DNA of 64,000 bases, taken from contig CM000436.1 of assembly GCA_000165345.1 (NCBI GenBank), forward strand, positions 96,001 to 160,000. Direction: 5' to 3'. The notes below the pieces were generated by a model. That model worked only from the letters and a program-made list of their open reading frames with translations. It had not been told where the DNA came from and ran no database searches. Shown here piece after piece: positions 1 through 11,621 of the stretch (position 1 is the first letter of the stretch; every line of letters starts with the position of its first letter). The position numbers and the translations under genes are program-made.

Positions 1-294
1 ATAATATTAAATATAATTGCCTTGAATAGTAATATATTTAAATATTTTAGCGGCGAATAAAGGAATACAATTTGACAACAAAAACAAGAATAATTGTTTC
101 TAATAACAATTAAAAGTCCTCATAAATTTACGAGTGGAAGAAATTTTCAAGGTATAAGATTGACAAAGATTTATAAATCTGAGTTAATTTTGAGCCAGTT
201 TTTAATAAGGGAAGAAGTACGTAAATAATATTTAAATTTATATATATACACATAACATCCATCGAGTTTAGTAATTAAATATTGAAAGGAAAAA

Positions 295-867
295 ATGAAG
301 GACATTTTCACTTATGAATCATTCCGTGTAATGGAAGGAACAACAGTTTCTGTTAAGTCTAGAACCGTTACTGTTACTGGAAAGTTTGGTCAAGTTACAA
401 GATCTTTCAACCATTTACCGGTAGATATTAAGTTATGTGGTAATGGTAAGGTTGTTAGAATTGAAGTATGGTTCGGTACTCCACGCCATCAATCAGCTAT
501 TAATACTGTCTGTTCAGCAATCAAGAACATGATGGTTGGTGTCATGAAGAAGTTTGAGTATAAGATGCGTCTTGTATATTCCCACTTTCCAATTAACTCA
601 AATATCTTAAACAATGGCAGTTTGATTGAAATCAGAAACTTCTTGGGAGAGAAGAGGGTCAGAACTGTTAAGATGCTTCCAGGAGTTGTTGTTGAGAAAT
701 CTAACTCTGTTAAGGACGAGTTAATCATTACAGGTACTGATTTAGAGCTTGTATCTCGTTCTGCTGCTTTGATTCACCAATGCGCTCTTGCAAGAAATAA
801 AGATATACGTAAATTCCTTGACGGTATTTATGTTAGTGAAAAGGGTACCGTTGTTAAGGATGAGTAA
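295..867 (+). CDS. RPL9: 60S ribosomal protein L9 (uL6), 190 aa
   Basis: Full-length similarity to eukaryotic RPL9, for example the [23 protein letters not shown] and [18 protein letters not shown] motifs. ATG at 295, TAA stop. Confidence 0.9.
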   Translation: [190 protein letters not shown]

Positions 868-1686
868 ATTAAGGTATTTAGAAGGAGGAAACATTGCACA
901 ATATGGTGATTGTGAGGTTGATTATTACAAATTCATATTAATAACATGAAAGTATCCAAAACTAATAGAATAAAATATTAATAGGAAATATGCTATAAAT
1001 AAGTTTCTTCTTCCTAATGTTTTGCTTTCTTCTTTTGTAAATATTATTTCCTATAGATTACTAACTATTGGAAAAGGGAGGTATGAGTATTGCAGTAAGG
1101 GCATAGAGTTTAGGTTTAATATTCACAGCTACACTTTGATAATGAGCCATATAGTTTAGAGAAGCAATTTGACTAATAAGTACAAGTTATATAAAGGCAA
1201 AGATTTTCAAATATCTTCTCCCTATCATAATTTGCTCAATATTCTGTATAATCCTTGTGTTAATTATAAATTGTTTATTGATCCCTGGCATGAAAAGTTT
1301 TGAATTATTGTAATTAATTAATTTTTCAAAGTAAGAGGAACCTTGCGAGATTCTAATAACTCTAAAAGCAATAATAATACAATTTCAAAGAATATTCAAT
1401 TCATCTATATGTAACTTATTCACAGTACACAAAATTATTATCTTATAATTAAAGGATTTATTTTTTTAAAAGAATGTTTTTTTCTTCCAATCCTCCCCCC
1501 TAAAGTTATTCCTATACCGGCATTAAGTACCGACACATAATGTCAACTAGACTTTGGCGCCATCTATTTTTGAAAAATAAGATTTTTTAATAGAAGAAAA
1601 AAAATATATTAAGAAAAACTTCAGCAAGAATTATTACATTTAAAGTAATATAAAGGGAAACTAGTAACATAACCAATCAATAGAGG

Positions 1687-4404
1687 ATGAGGTTTATGCT
1701 GAATGATTCCCAGTTCCAGAATTTAGGATCGATTATTAAAGATGTTAATAATTCCAGAGGTTTAGATTGTAATACAACATCTATCTGTCAAATTTCAGAC
1801 ATTTTATTTGTAGAATCTGAAGAATCTACTACTCCTAATAAATGCAACTGTAATCCAGAAGTAAATAATAATAATAATAATGATAATGATGATACTGAAG
1901 AATTTTCTTATTGTGAAGAAAAAGCCTTGTTAATTAAAGCTGGTTTCTCTGCCTGTATTAGAGCTTTTACTTTTGAAGGATTTTCTTCCCAAAATACTAT
2001 TGCAAAAGTAATTCGAATCTTTAGAAGGCTATTAAAAGGTGCTTCTATTATTAATATAAATTGCAATATCCATAAAGAAATGTTACAAGGATTAAGTGTG
2101 ATCTTCGGTATGATACCAGATTTCAATATTTTCAAAGTACTTCAAGCTCCTCTTAAAAACTATTTGTTTTGGTGTTATTCACAATCCGAAGATGATTTTG
2201 TTATTAATAATTCTAGAATTCTTCTTTGTGCTATTACTTGGATGAGGGAAGTTTCTTCTGGTAATAATAGTAATAATAATGATAATAACAATAGTAATAT
2301 TAACAATTATAATTCTAATAATAATGGACCAAAATATGGACTCACATTATTAAGTCAAGATTTACTTAACTTTCTAATTTCTGATATAAATATTTCAACA
2401 GAGCAGTTCCAACAAGAATCTAAACTTACTTTGAACAATCCAAATTCTTCTATTTTAGAACTTAAAAAAAGAATTCTTCGAAACCTTGAATTATTCTCTA
2501 ATCTTATCATATATTCTGGATTTTATCTTCCACCAAATTCCAATATATCAATTAACAGCCAGAATCTTTTTAATACCGGTGGGAATTTAGAAAATACATG
2601 CAAAAAAGAGGCGGGGAATTTTGTTACCACGCTGATTACTCCTCAAATTATGCAGGTTTTAAGTAATTTAAGAATAATTATTTTAGAAGAGGTATATAAA
2701 GTAGTTGATGAGTTTGTAAGTATTCATTTGGAAAGAGCTGAATCAGATCTTAATATTAATTCAAATGACAAAGTTAAGGAAAATTCAAAAGTTAAGCCAA
2801 AGTCAAAAGCCATTAATGATTCGGATTTAAGTAATGAATATGATAATAATAAATCAACCCAGTTAATTAAGGTTAAAGTATTGACTTGGATAATTTCTGA
2901 TATATTCGATATAAGGAATAATAGCAATAAGTTAAAGAATAAAGAAAATTCATATTCAACTTTATTCAACATAGGTAATAATAGTATTGAATCCAAACAT
3001 GAGTTATTCAATAAAGTGGAGTATATATTAATGCTTTCAAGTCTTCACCAAGACATCCTTGAAAATATGTTAAAAGTTTCAGGAAAAACCGGTTTGGTTG
3101 TTTATTCCCACATGATCCAAGAATATTTAATCTCAATCTTCTCATTAGAATATGTTCCTTCAACTTATTACAAATTCCAAAATGCTGAGATTTCTCAGTT
3201 TTTATTCAAAAATTATTACTCTAGTATTCTTTTTGGATTTGGTTTAATTCCAGAAACTAGATTCAATGATTTTGATTTCCAGATCTTTTTAACTTTCAAT
3301 GCAAGTATGAAGATATTGGAGTATTTTGAGAAGCTTTTCCAAGAAATATTAACTATTCAGGAATTCTCTATTGAATTAATAAATTTCAATTCGTCTCTAA
3401 ATAATAGCCATGAAAGTTATATACATTTTTCGACCTTAAAAGATATAATTACCATTAAATCACAAAGTCAAAAACTTCTCTCTCTTATAGAAACTTTTTG
3501 TCTTGCTAATAATGTAATTTTGGGTCTTAGATATACCAGAGTTGCTAAAGATTTTAGGCAAAAGAACCCATGCTTATCCTTGGATGGAATAATTAATAAA
3601 TATCATATTTCAAGTTCAAATGTTTTATACAATTTAATTATTAAGAATTGCCAATTATTCAATTTGAATCCTCTTGGAATTCAAAATTTAATAAATTCAG
3701 ATCCTCAAATTAAAAAGATTTTTATTAATTTGACTTATTGTATAGCAAATACTATTTCTGAATACTACCAAGACTCTGAAATAATTGCAAATCTTGCAGT
3801 TTTTAGTAATATTAATCAAATCTTGGACTGTCTATTATTCAATCTGGATTATAATATAAGAGATGAGAGATTTGAACCAATTTTCAAGTTCTTTAGGTCG
3901 AAAATTTATTTAGATTCTTTTTCAAATGATAAAGATAATGATGAAGCATGCTTCAATTCAAAAAATCTCAACAATATTCTTCTTAGTGCATCTTCTTATG
4001 ATTATTCCAAGAAAGAACTGCTTTATTTAGACTATAATGATAAGGACTTTAGTTCTGAGCCAGATAACAAATTAGAATCTGTGGATATAGATTCATTGCC
4101 TCAAGAACAACCAAATTATTTAGAACATCCTATTACTGTTTCTTCATCACCTTCATCTCCATCATCTCAAGTTGAAGAATCCAAAGAATTTGAAATGACT
4201 TCTTCCATGGATTTAGAAGAAGTTATGAAATCCGAATCTGAGACTGAATCTAAATCTGAAACTGACTCTGAATCTGAGTCTGAACCCGAGTCTGAGTTTA
4301 ATAATTTGAAACATGATGAAAACTCTAAAAAAGAGTCGTTGGATATGGATAATATTGATTTTAGTATGAATTTGGAGCCTTCCTCTGGAGAAGATGAAGA
4401 CTAA
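1687..4404 (+). CDS. Hypothetical 905-aa protein with Asn/Ser-rich low-complexity tracts and an acidic C-terminus of Ser-Glu (SESE/SETE) repeats
   Basis: Long uninterrupted ORF from ATG 1687, with coding-like codon usage. An E2F-like box lies about 125 bp upstream at 1554-1563. I recognise no conserved domain. Confidence 0.6.
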   Translation: MRFMLNDSQFQNLGSIIKDVNNSRGLDCNTTSICQISDILFVESEESTTPNKCNCNPEVNNNNNNDNDDTEEFSYCEEKALLIKAGFSACIRAFTFEGFSSQNTIAKVIRIFRRLLKGASIININCNIHKEMLQGLSVIFGMIPDFNIFKVLQAPLKNYLFWCYSQSEDDFVINNSRILLCAITWMREVSSGNNSNNNDNNNSNINNYNSNNNGPKYGLTLLSQDLLNFLISDINISTEQFQQESKLTLNNPNSSILELKKRILRNLELFSNLIIYSGFYLPPNSNISINSQNLFNTGGNLENTCKKEAGNFVTTLITPQIMQVLSNLRIIILEEVYKVVDEFVSIHLERAESDLNINSNDKVKENSKVKPKSKAINDSDLSNEYDNNKSTQLIKVKVLTWIISDIFDIRNNSNKLKNKENSYSTLFNIGNNSIESKHELFNKVEYILMLSSLHQDILENMLKVSGKTGLVVYSHMIQEYLISIFSLEYVPSTYYKFQNAEISQFLFKNYYSSILFGFGLIPETRFNDFDFQIFLTFNASMKILEYFEKLFQEILTIQEFSIELINFNSSLNNSHESYIHFSTLKDIITIKSQSQKLLSLIETFCLANNVILGLRYTRVAKDFRQKNPCLSLDGIINKYHISSSNVLYNLIIKNCQLFNLNPLGIQNLINSDPQIKKIFINLTYCIANTISEYYQDSEIIANLAVFSNINQILDCLLFNLDYNIRDERFEPIFKFFRSKIYLDSFSNDKDNDEACFNSKNLNNILLSASSYDYSKKELLYLDYNDKDFSSEPDNKLESVDIDSLPQEQPNYLEHPITVSSSPSSPSSQVEESKEFEMTSSMDLEEVMKSESETESKSETDSESESEPESEFNNLKHDENSKKESLDMDNIDFSMNLEPSSGEDED

Positions 4405-4537
4405 TTAAGCCAAATTGCAAGTTTCTCTTGAGTAATAGCTGCCTGAATTTAAATTCATATATTTTATAGGTATCCATTTATTTATTTTTTTTTTTAACGA
4501 AATAAATAATCACTAACTTTTTCATTAATCCCCAATT

Positions 4538-7500
4538 TTATGTTGTTATCTTTACGAGATTTTGAACAATTTCATTCCATTCACTTATATTCACTTGCAT
4601 TGTATTGTTCTGACTCTTAACCATCCTTAACACAGAGTCCTGTCCAGCAGATGGAACTTTAAGTAACATCTTTCCAATCTTTTTGTTTATATAAGTATCT
4701 CCTGAGTTATTAGATATATTTTCTTCCGTTAATTTCCCTGTTTCAGATATTAATCCTTGCAAAGAAGTTTTCATTATATGCAATTTATACTTGAGCTTTG
4801 ACTCTTTTTTTGTGTATTCTTCCCACTCCTTTTCGAATGATGAGGTTCCTTCTGATCCTTTGTTATTCATAATTGGCATTGAACACCTGTGAAGCATAAT
4901 TTGTCTCTTTAGCTCTTTAAACTCTTCGAATAAAGTCAATATATCTGTATAGTCGTTCTCATCATCCTTGAGCTCGTCAAAATAATTGCATTTCAAATTA
5001 TCATTTTCTTGGCAATGACTTTCGTTTTGTGGATTTAAATCATAATCCATATTCTCGCCTTTATCCTTTTCTTCTTTATTCTCTTCTTTTGCTTCATCCC
5101 TTTCTTTTTCCTTTTGTTTCTCTTCTCTCTTCCTTTCCCTTTCCAGAATCCTTAATGCGATTTTATCCAATGAATTCTTTGAGCGAATTTGGCCCAACAT
5201 AATCTTTTGTGAATAATTTGACTTCAATATTCTATTTGGATCTTCCTTTGCTATTTTCTCGTTCCACCTATTCATTTCTAACTCATATAACTTATTGCTC
5301 ATTAATCTGATTAACCGTCTTAAATATACTGGTTCCAACACATCCAACTCACTATATGCCTTTATCTTTGGAATATTATGCAAATTCTCCAAATCACGCC
5401 TCAAATGATCAGAATCAATTTTCATTTGCCTCACAGTATCTTCATATTTCTTTACACGTTCTCGACTCATTCTCATCTCAAGCTCCTGCTCTTCTATTCT
5501 ATGCATAAGTAGCTGCTTATGATCATGAAGTTTCTTATATTCATCCTGCATTGCTTCAAATGAAGAATATGCTACCTCTTTTTCGGTTAACTCTTTTTTT
5601 AAAGACTGAATCTTCTCATTCAATAATTTGATTGAATTTTCATATCTTGCCTTCTTTGGACTATCCGAATTAACTGTATTAATCAGCTTTGAATCAGCAA
5701 TCTCTACCATTCCAACTGGCCCTGAATCCATATCGACTAAATCTAGCCCTCGAGCTTCAACTGAATCCTCTGTAACTCCTCTCCCTTCTTTGTTTTGGCC
5801 TATTAATGAGTTAGTTCTATTATTATCATTCGCATCTCCATCCAATTCAATTTGGTCATCCGTGCTCAATATCAATTTTTGTAGCTTGTTTGAAATAATG
5901 ACTTCAGGAAGGGAGTCCATACTAATAGTAGTTTTAGAATTTTCTATTTCCAATTCCATGTGAATAGGGTTCAAAAATTCATCTAAATTTGCATCAATTT
6001 CTTGAATCGATTTAAATAACTTATCCACAGATTCTGTTATATTGACTCCATGATTTTCTCCTGGATTATGTATTGTTTCATAAATTTCATTTTGTTTAAT
6101 TATCATTTCTTCAAAATATGTCTTAAGTGCTCCACTTTTACTTTGGTCTAGTATTCTAATCCAATATAGTCCATTCCATAAATATAGCCTATCATCAATT
6201 GGATAATGGATCCCATTCAAACTCAAGTTTCCACATTTTGAGTAAAATTTTTCTGATATTTCTAGCGACTTTTTATATATTTCATCCAAATTTTTTTCTT
6301 GTACTGATTTTATATTTAATCTTAGCAGAATTGATAGTGAAATATTAATATTCATTATTGCGTCCACACAGCACACTGGCAATAATTCTATACCGGCGTT
6401 TTTATTGTCAATATTTTCATGTGGACATGCATTCACAATTTTTGCATGTAGGAGATTTTTAAATTCTTTAATTTCTTCATAAGTAATATTTTGATTTAAA
6501 TTATCATTCAAGGTATCTTGGGATACATTATCAGTCCATTTCAAAATTGCCTTTATTTCAGGAAGAGATGGGAGTTGAGCAATTTGAGAGTTTTGTAGGC
6601 CGGATTCATCTTTATTTAATGATTCTTTAGATGACTTGTACTTGGAAAAATCTCTTATGCTCATTATGAATGAACCTAAATCTAAGATTAGAAAGCCTAT
6701 TTCAATTGTGAGATTACAAACCCATTGTATAATTCCTGTAATTTCTCCTCCATTTGTCATGTTAGGTATATCATGAATCTGTAAATACCTTAGAGCTTTA
6801 TATTGGAAATACTGTAAAAGTATATTGAACTTGCAGAACAAGTCGTATAAGCCCAAAATTCTGTTAATATAGTCAGAGTAAGCAGAGCATGCATCTGAAG
6901 TTGAAACATTCTTGTTTAGTAGCAAATCATTTAAATAGTTACTATTTATTTCACTTTCTTGTCCTTTTAAGTTAAAAGATAGCTCCAAAAGCTCACATTT
7001 TCTTTGGAGTGATTTTTCTTGGCAGTTACTCCAAATAATACCAAATTCATATTCTAAAGGATTCATAATTTCTTTATTCGAATCGTCATTTAAGCTGCTT
7101 TTTTTATTAATTTGGTTCAATATTCCGTTTTGTCTTCCAATATTGTTGTACAAAAACCTTCCTCTAAAGTTATCCACAATTAAAGCTAAATGGCGAATTA
7201 GTGATTGTTGATTATCTATTTTACTAGTGTAGTTTGATATTTTCTTTTGGGTATTTTCGGAAATTGTTTTCAATGCTGTTATGTACTTTTTGTTATCTTC
7301 TTCTAATTTCCGTATTCTATTGTTTAATTCAACCTCTATTTGCTTTGACTGTTTCAAGAGCTGCTGATCTATCTGAATTAATTCTTCATACGAAATTAGC
7401 TTACTATTATTCTCTCTATTTAAAATTTCTTGCTTCTTTGTCTTTTCAAAGAATTTGTCCATTTCCTCCTTCATATTATCTATTGATTTATTTTTCTTAG

Positions 7501-7810
7501 AAATCTGATCTACTAACAATTTTACATATCCTTTCCACTTTGCATTGCTTTCCAAAACCTTCTCATTTATCTTTTTTATTTCCTCATCCTTAACTTGCAC
7601 CATTTGCATACTGTAATTTATGGCACCATCCATATCATCTATCAACTTTTTAAAATCATCAATCATAGTTTCATCTTTATTCCCTTCTTTTAATTGCTTA
7701 TTTTCTGTTTCTAGCTCTTTAATTCTCGCCAAGAGTTTGTTTTTCTCATCATTCTCATCTTCCAATGTTTTCCCAATATGGGAATTTGGATCCTCTTCAT
7801 TAATACTCAT
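4538..7810 (-). CDS. Hypothetical 1090-aa coiled-coil protein rich in Lys/Glu, with heptad-like stretches at both ends
   Basis: Single long ORF starting at ATG (complement of 7808-7810). A cluster of E2F-like boxes lies 190-250 bp upstream at 7999-8060. Confidence 0.6.
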   Translation of the reverse strand: MSINEEDPNSHIGKTLEDENDEKNKLLARIKELETENKQLKEGNKDETMIDDFKKLIDDMDGAINYSMQMVQVKDEEIKKINEKVLESNAKWKGYVKLLVDQISKKNKSIDNMKEEMDKFFEKTKKQEILNRENNSKLISYEELIQIDQQLLKQSKQIEVELNNRIRKLEEDNKKYITALKTISENTQKKISNYTSKIDNQQSLIRHLALIVDNFRGRFLYNNIGRQNGILNQINKKSSLNDDSNKEIMNPLEYEFGIIWSNCQEKSLQRKCELLELSFNLKGQESEINSNYLNDLLLNKNVSTSDACSAYSDYINRILGLYDLFCKFNILLQYFQYKALRYLQIHDIPNMTNGGEITGIIQWVCNLTIEIGFLILDLGSFIMSIRDFSKYKSSKESLNKDESGLQNSQIAQLPSLPEIKAILKWTDNVSQDTLNDNLNQNITYEEIKEFKNLLHAKIVNACPHENIDNKNAGIELLPVCCVDAIMNINISLSILLRLNIKSVQEKNLDEIYKKSLEISEKFYSKCGNLSLNGIHYPIDDRLYLWNGLYWIRILDQSKSGALKTYFEEMIIKQNEIYETIHNPGENHGVNITESVDKLFKSIQEIDANLDEFLNPIHMELEIENSKTTISMDSLPEVIISNKLQKLILSTDDQIELDGDANDNNRTNSLIGQNKEGRGVTEDSVEARGLDLVDMDSGPVGMVEIADSKLINTVNSDSPKKARYENSIKLLNEKIQSLKKELTEKEVAYSSFEAMQDEYKKLHDHKQLLMHRIEEQELEMRMSRERVKKYEDTVRQMKIDSDHLRRDLENLHNIPKIKAYSELDVLEPVYLRRLIRLMSNKLYELEMNRWNEKIAKEDPNRILKSNYSQKIMLGQIRSKNSLDKIALRILERERKREEKQKEKERDEAKEENKEEKDKGENMDYDLNPQNESHCQENDNLKCNYFDELKDDENDYTDILTLFEEFKELKRQIMLHRCSMPIMNNKGSEGTSSFEKEWEEYTKKESKLKYKLHIMKTSLQGLISETGKLTEENISNNSGDTYINKKIGKMLLKVPSAGQDSVLRMVKSQNNTMQVNISEWNEIVQNLVKITT

Positions 7811-7998
7811 ATCTTTGAACTTTTTTTTAAAATACTCTTTCTATATTTTAGTTAAGCCTATCCATCAACACACGTCTAAATGAGCATTTCTTTCTTTCTA
7901 AATTATTCTCAATAATTGTTATTATCGCAAAATTTACCTTTCTACGTTAATTTAGTTTATTAATTTCCAATTAATCTGTGGGAACCATTTACATGCAC

Positions 7999-8060
7999 AT
8001 GCCCGCCACATATTTGGCGGTAAACATATGAGATGGCCAACTCCGTGATTGGCGCCTATA
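7999..8060. promoter_or_regulatory. Cluster of three E2F-like boxes (GCCCGCCA, TTTGGCGG, TTGGCGCC) in the promoter of the 1090-aa gene
   Basis: Sequence atgcccgccacatatttggcggtaaac...gattggcgcctat. It is an island of GC-rich motifs in AT-rich intergenic DNA, with a TGCATGCA box at 8092-8099. Confidence 0.45.
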
Positions 8061-8384
8061 TGTCGGTACCACGGCAAGCAAGGTTGACGAGTGCATGCAA
8101 TATCAGAGACAATAGTTGCAACAAAAACAACAGAAAAAATGAACAAAGGATAGAAAACTAATAATTAAAGTGAATAATAATAATAATAACAATGACAATT
8201 ATATTATTTAAAAGTTTCAAATGATACATAATGCTATCGCGTAAATTCCAGATAGAGATTTTAATCTTCCTCTTGTTAAGAATAAGTCAGAAAAATACAT
8301 TGACAGCTCTCCGTCTTCATTTTTTTTATCATTCAACCTTGTCAAAATTATTTGTTTTATTATAAAATTTCAGCCCAAATTAAA

Positions 8385-9164
8385 TTAGGCAACAAGACCA
8401 ACCTTCTTTGCCTGTTCCATAGCAAGGATTTTCTCTCTTCTCTTGATAACATGTTGTGCCTTAACACCCATGATTCCACCTCCCCATTTTCTTCTCAATT
8501 CAACATTATCGTTATACTGAGCTCTAAAGTTGTTGCAGAGTAAGTCGAATTCGGCTTGATCTTCCTTTCTAACACCCTCGATTGCTACAACAGCAGCAGT
8601 CTTCTTACCAATTAATTTTCCAAGTCTGGCCTTTCCACCGATGATACAGAAGGCAACATCCTTTCTTCTGCATAAAGCTGGTAGGAAACATACAATTTCA
8701 ATTGGATCAACATCAGAAGCAATTACTACAAGCTTAGCCTTCTTCATTTCAACGAGGTCTGTTACATGGTTTACACCATACTTGAGGAATAATGGCTTCT
8801 TGCTCTCAGTTGTTTCACCAGCTGCTGCCTTCTTAGCTTCCTCCTGGAGTCTAGCCTTCTTCTCAGCACGAGTCTCTGGCTTGTACTTACCCATTAAACG
8901 GAGTAACTGGGATGATTGGTTCTTATCCAAAGTGCAAGTGAATTGGTTCAAAGTTGGTGGAACCTTTAAGCGTCTCATCAAAGTACTCTTTTGACGTTGT
9001 AATAAAATGTAACGTGGATAACGTACATAACGAGTTAAATCAGTCTTTGGACGGATATCACCTCCAAGTCTAAAGTTTCTTGAGGTCTTTTCGATCAAAG
9101 GATGACGAACCTTTTGAGTACTTGTGTTTTTCTTGTTTTGTCCTGATTTGTTTGATGCTACCAT
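8385..9164 (-). CDS. RPL7A: 60S ribosomal protein L7a (eL8), 259 aa
   Basis: Contains the [41 protein letters not shown]-type N-terminus and the central L7Ae fold motifs (VVIASDVDPIEIV...). ATG is the complement of 9162-9164. Confidence 0.9.
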   Translation of the reverse strand: MVASNKSGQNKKNTSTQKVRHPLIEKTSRNFRLGGDIRPKTDLTRYVRYPRYILLQRQKSTLMRRLKVPPTLNQFTCTLDKNQSSQLLRLMGKYKPETRAEKKARLQEEAKKAAAGETTESKKPLFLKYGVNHVTDLVEMKKAKLVVIASDVDPIEIVCFLPALCRRKDVAFCIIGGKARLGKLIGKKTAAVVAIEGVRKEDQAEFDLLCNNFRAQYNDNVELRRKWGGGIMGVKAQHVIKRREKILAMEQAKKVGLVA

Positions 9165-10070
9165 CTTTACTAATTCTTATTTCTCCTAAATATCGTCAAA
9201 TTCCTGATACCTTTCCAGTTAATAAGTTTTTTGAGGATATAAAAAAAATGTTCTCCAGTAAAGCTATTTTTAACTTTTAAAAAAACAGCAACTTCTTGTT
9301 TCTTCTTCTTCGACCTTAATTTAATAACCTTTTACAATTAATATTCAGATTATTACACCGCCTATTTAATTTACTTAGTCCAAGGTATGTTGTTTTGTAT
9401 ATAATTTATATATAAAAGAGACGCCAAATACTAAAAATTAATATATAACTATTTAAAATGTTTTTGAGACGTTTAATAAATTTATGCTTAATTTTAATTT
9501 TTCAATTATAATTATTAAATTAATGTTAACCTAAAAATATAAATATATATTTATTCATTTATTCATTAATTTATATATAAAATATAAATACAATTATTTT
9601 TGACCTTAACCTTTATAATATACCGGCAAAAAAATGTCGTCTCGTCTCCCAATTATATTATACATGTCTCAATTAGAAAAAAAATTATAAATTAACTTAT
9701 GACTACAAGTATAAATACCATTGAGACAGAAGTTTGTTTAAAATATTTATTGACAATATCATTATTAATTAATTTAAGCTTGAATAAATTTTAAAGTATT
9801 TAAGTTTATTTAATAAAATTTAATATACAATATATTTATTAATTACCAATTATAGTATTATTTTTTGGCGGCAAACTGATTAATTACTTAAACAATAATA
9901 ATCAATAAATAGTAATTAAAGATTAAATTTGACAATTATAAGTAACTATTAATAATAAGTTTTCCACAAATAATTAAAAAAAGCAAAAGCTGAAAAAACA
10001 AAAAGATCTTTATTTTGGTTTTTAAGGCAAAAAGCATTAGGCATTTTTATTAGTATCTTATATTAAAAAT
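9165..10070. promoter_or_regulatory. Shared divergent promoter region for RPL7a (-) and RPL5 (+)
   Basis: A 906-bp AT-rich intergenic region between two divergently oriented ribosomal protein genes. It contains an E2F-like box TTTGGCGGCAAA at 9865-9876 and TACCGGCA at 9621-9628. Confidence 0.5.
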
Positions 10071-11006
10071 ATGGCTTTTGTTAAGGTTTTGAAGAATAAG
10101 GCATACTTCAGCCGTTACCAGGTTAAACCACGTAGACGACGTGAAGGTAAGACTGATTATCAAGCTCGTCGTGCTATGATTTCTCAGGACAAGACAAAGT
10201 ACAACTCACCAAAGTACCGTTTTGTTGTAAGATTGACCAATACAAAAGTAATATGCCAAATTATCTATGCCACAATTGAGGGAGACAGAGTGATTTGCTC
10301 AGCAGACTCTACAGAATTACCAAGATATGGCGTCCCAGTTGGTTTAGCAAACTTTTCAGCAGCATATTGCACTGGTCTTTTATGTGCCAGACGTGTATTG
10401 AAACAACTCAATATGGATAAAATCTTCACTGGAGTTGGTGAGATTACTGGAGATGACTACCATGTAGAGGAAGAGGCTGAAGATAGAAGACCATTCAAGT
10501 GCATTTTAGATGTTGGTCTCACTAGAACAACAAGTGGAAACCGTGTCTTTGCTGCCATGAAGGGTGCTACTGATGGTGGAATCTATATACCACATTCCCC
10601 AAACAGATTCCCAGGATTCACCAAAGGTGAGAATGGTGCTGAAGACTCGTTCGATGCTGAAGTACTCAAGGATCGTATTCTTGGAAAGCACATTTCCAAC
10701 TACATGTCTGAGATGCAGGAAGATGATCCAGAGAAATACAAGGCTCACTTCTCTCAGTACATTAAGGCTGGTATCACTGCTGACAAACTCGCTGATATGT
10801 ACAAGAACGCCGTCAAGGCAATTCATGCTGACCCATCTCGTCAGAAGAAGCCAGCAAGAAAGGTAACCAAGACTCGTGTTGGAAACACTATTAAGACCGA
10901 GAAGTCCCAATACGTTAGACATGTTAAGCTAACTAACCAACAGAGAAAGGAAAGAGTCCAGAAGAAGATCGAACTTGTTGCTCAGTTGGCTGCTCAGGAA
11001 GAGTAA
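10071..11006 (+). CDS. RPL5: 60S ribosomal protein L5 (uL18), 311 aa
   Basis: N-terminus MAFVKVLKNKAYFSRYQVKPRRRREGKTDYQARR is diagnostic of eukaryotic RPL5, and there is full-length similarity. Confidence 0.9.
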   Translation: MAFVKVLKNKAYFSRYQVKPRRRREGKTDYQARRAMISQDKTKYNSPKYRFVVRLTNTKVICQIIYATIEGDRVICSADSTELPRYGVPVGLANFSAAYCTGLLCARRVLKQLNMDKIFTGVGEITGDDYHVEEEAEDRRPFKCILDVGLTRTTSGNRVFAAMKGATDGGIYIPHSPNRFPGFTKGENGAEDSFDAEVLKDRILGKHISNYMSEMQEDDPEKYKAHFSQYIKAGITADKLADMYKNAVKAIHADPSRQKKPARKVTKTRVGNTIKTEKSQYVRHVKLTNQQRKERVQKKIELVAQLAAQEE

Positions 11007-11621
11007 ATTTTGTAGAGGTATCATATAATAATGATGTTGCATCTATAGTGATAGTAACCCTTATTTAACACGTAGCTTTCTTCTTTTCAGTACATTCTTC
11101 CTTTTTTTTCATCTTATTGCGCTATTGCTTATGATTGACGTGCATTCTGACCTTATCTACGCTTTTTCCTTGCTTGTATTTAATTCTCACTCGATTTGTT
11201 CATTTTGTTTTATTCTCAGCTCTAATTTTGATTCCCAATTTAATTTAAATAAATGTTGCTAATCAAATTTACTTGTTCTAATTCTTGATTAAGCTATAAT
11301 TCTAACTTTTAACATTTTGTTCCTTTTTAATTAAACAATAATCATCCAAAAACTCTATATTACATGTGGATAAATACCGGCATTACTATTAATTATTTCG
11401 TCCACATTTTTTTAATGCATGTGCATGTTTTACCCGCCTAAATGAAGGTTAAAAATTAAAATACCGGTAGTACGTCAAAATATAGTAAAAAAAATTCAAG
11501 TTTGAAAGGAAAAAAAAAGAAACTAGGGGTAAAATAAGGAGCATCAAAACTTCCTCAGTCAAATAATGGAGCTGAGTGATTACATTTTGTACGTGAGTTA
11601 CAAGAGAGGAAATCAGTGAAG

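Noticed and set aside
489-728. Antisense small ORFs nested inside larger genes (examples include 489-728, 1908-2135, 2724-3011, 5628-5963, 10506-10922, 17830-18084, 27929-28399, 41795-42199 and 55591-55810)
   Set aside because: Each lies wholly within, and antisense or out of frame to, a long ORF with clear homology or coding character. Many are low-complexity mirror translations of Asn/Lys-rich tracts. They are treated as spurious.
8001-8100. Possible tRNA or snRNA genes in GC-richer intergenic patches (8001-8100, 45170-45215, 60820-60930)
   Set aside because: No T-loop GTTCRANYC, acceptor-stem pairing or conserved snRNA boxes (U6 ACAGAGA/AGC, U2 branch-site recognition sequence, Sm site) could be found by eye. 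These patches are explained by E2F-like boxes or are left as unassigned candidates.
7952-8146. 64-aa ORF in the intergenic region between the 1090-aa gene and RPL7a
   Set aside because: It covers the cluster of E2F-like promoter boxes (7999-8060). Its amino-acid composition reflects GC-rich motif DNA, and it has no homology. It is regulatory DNA, not a gene.
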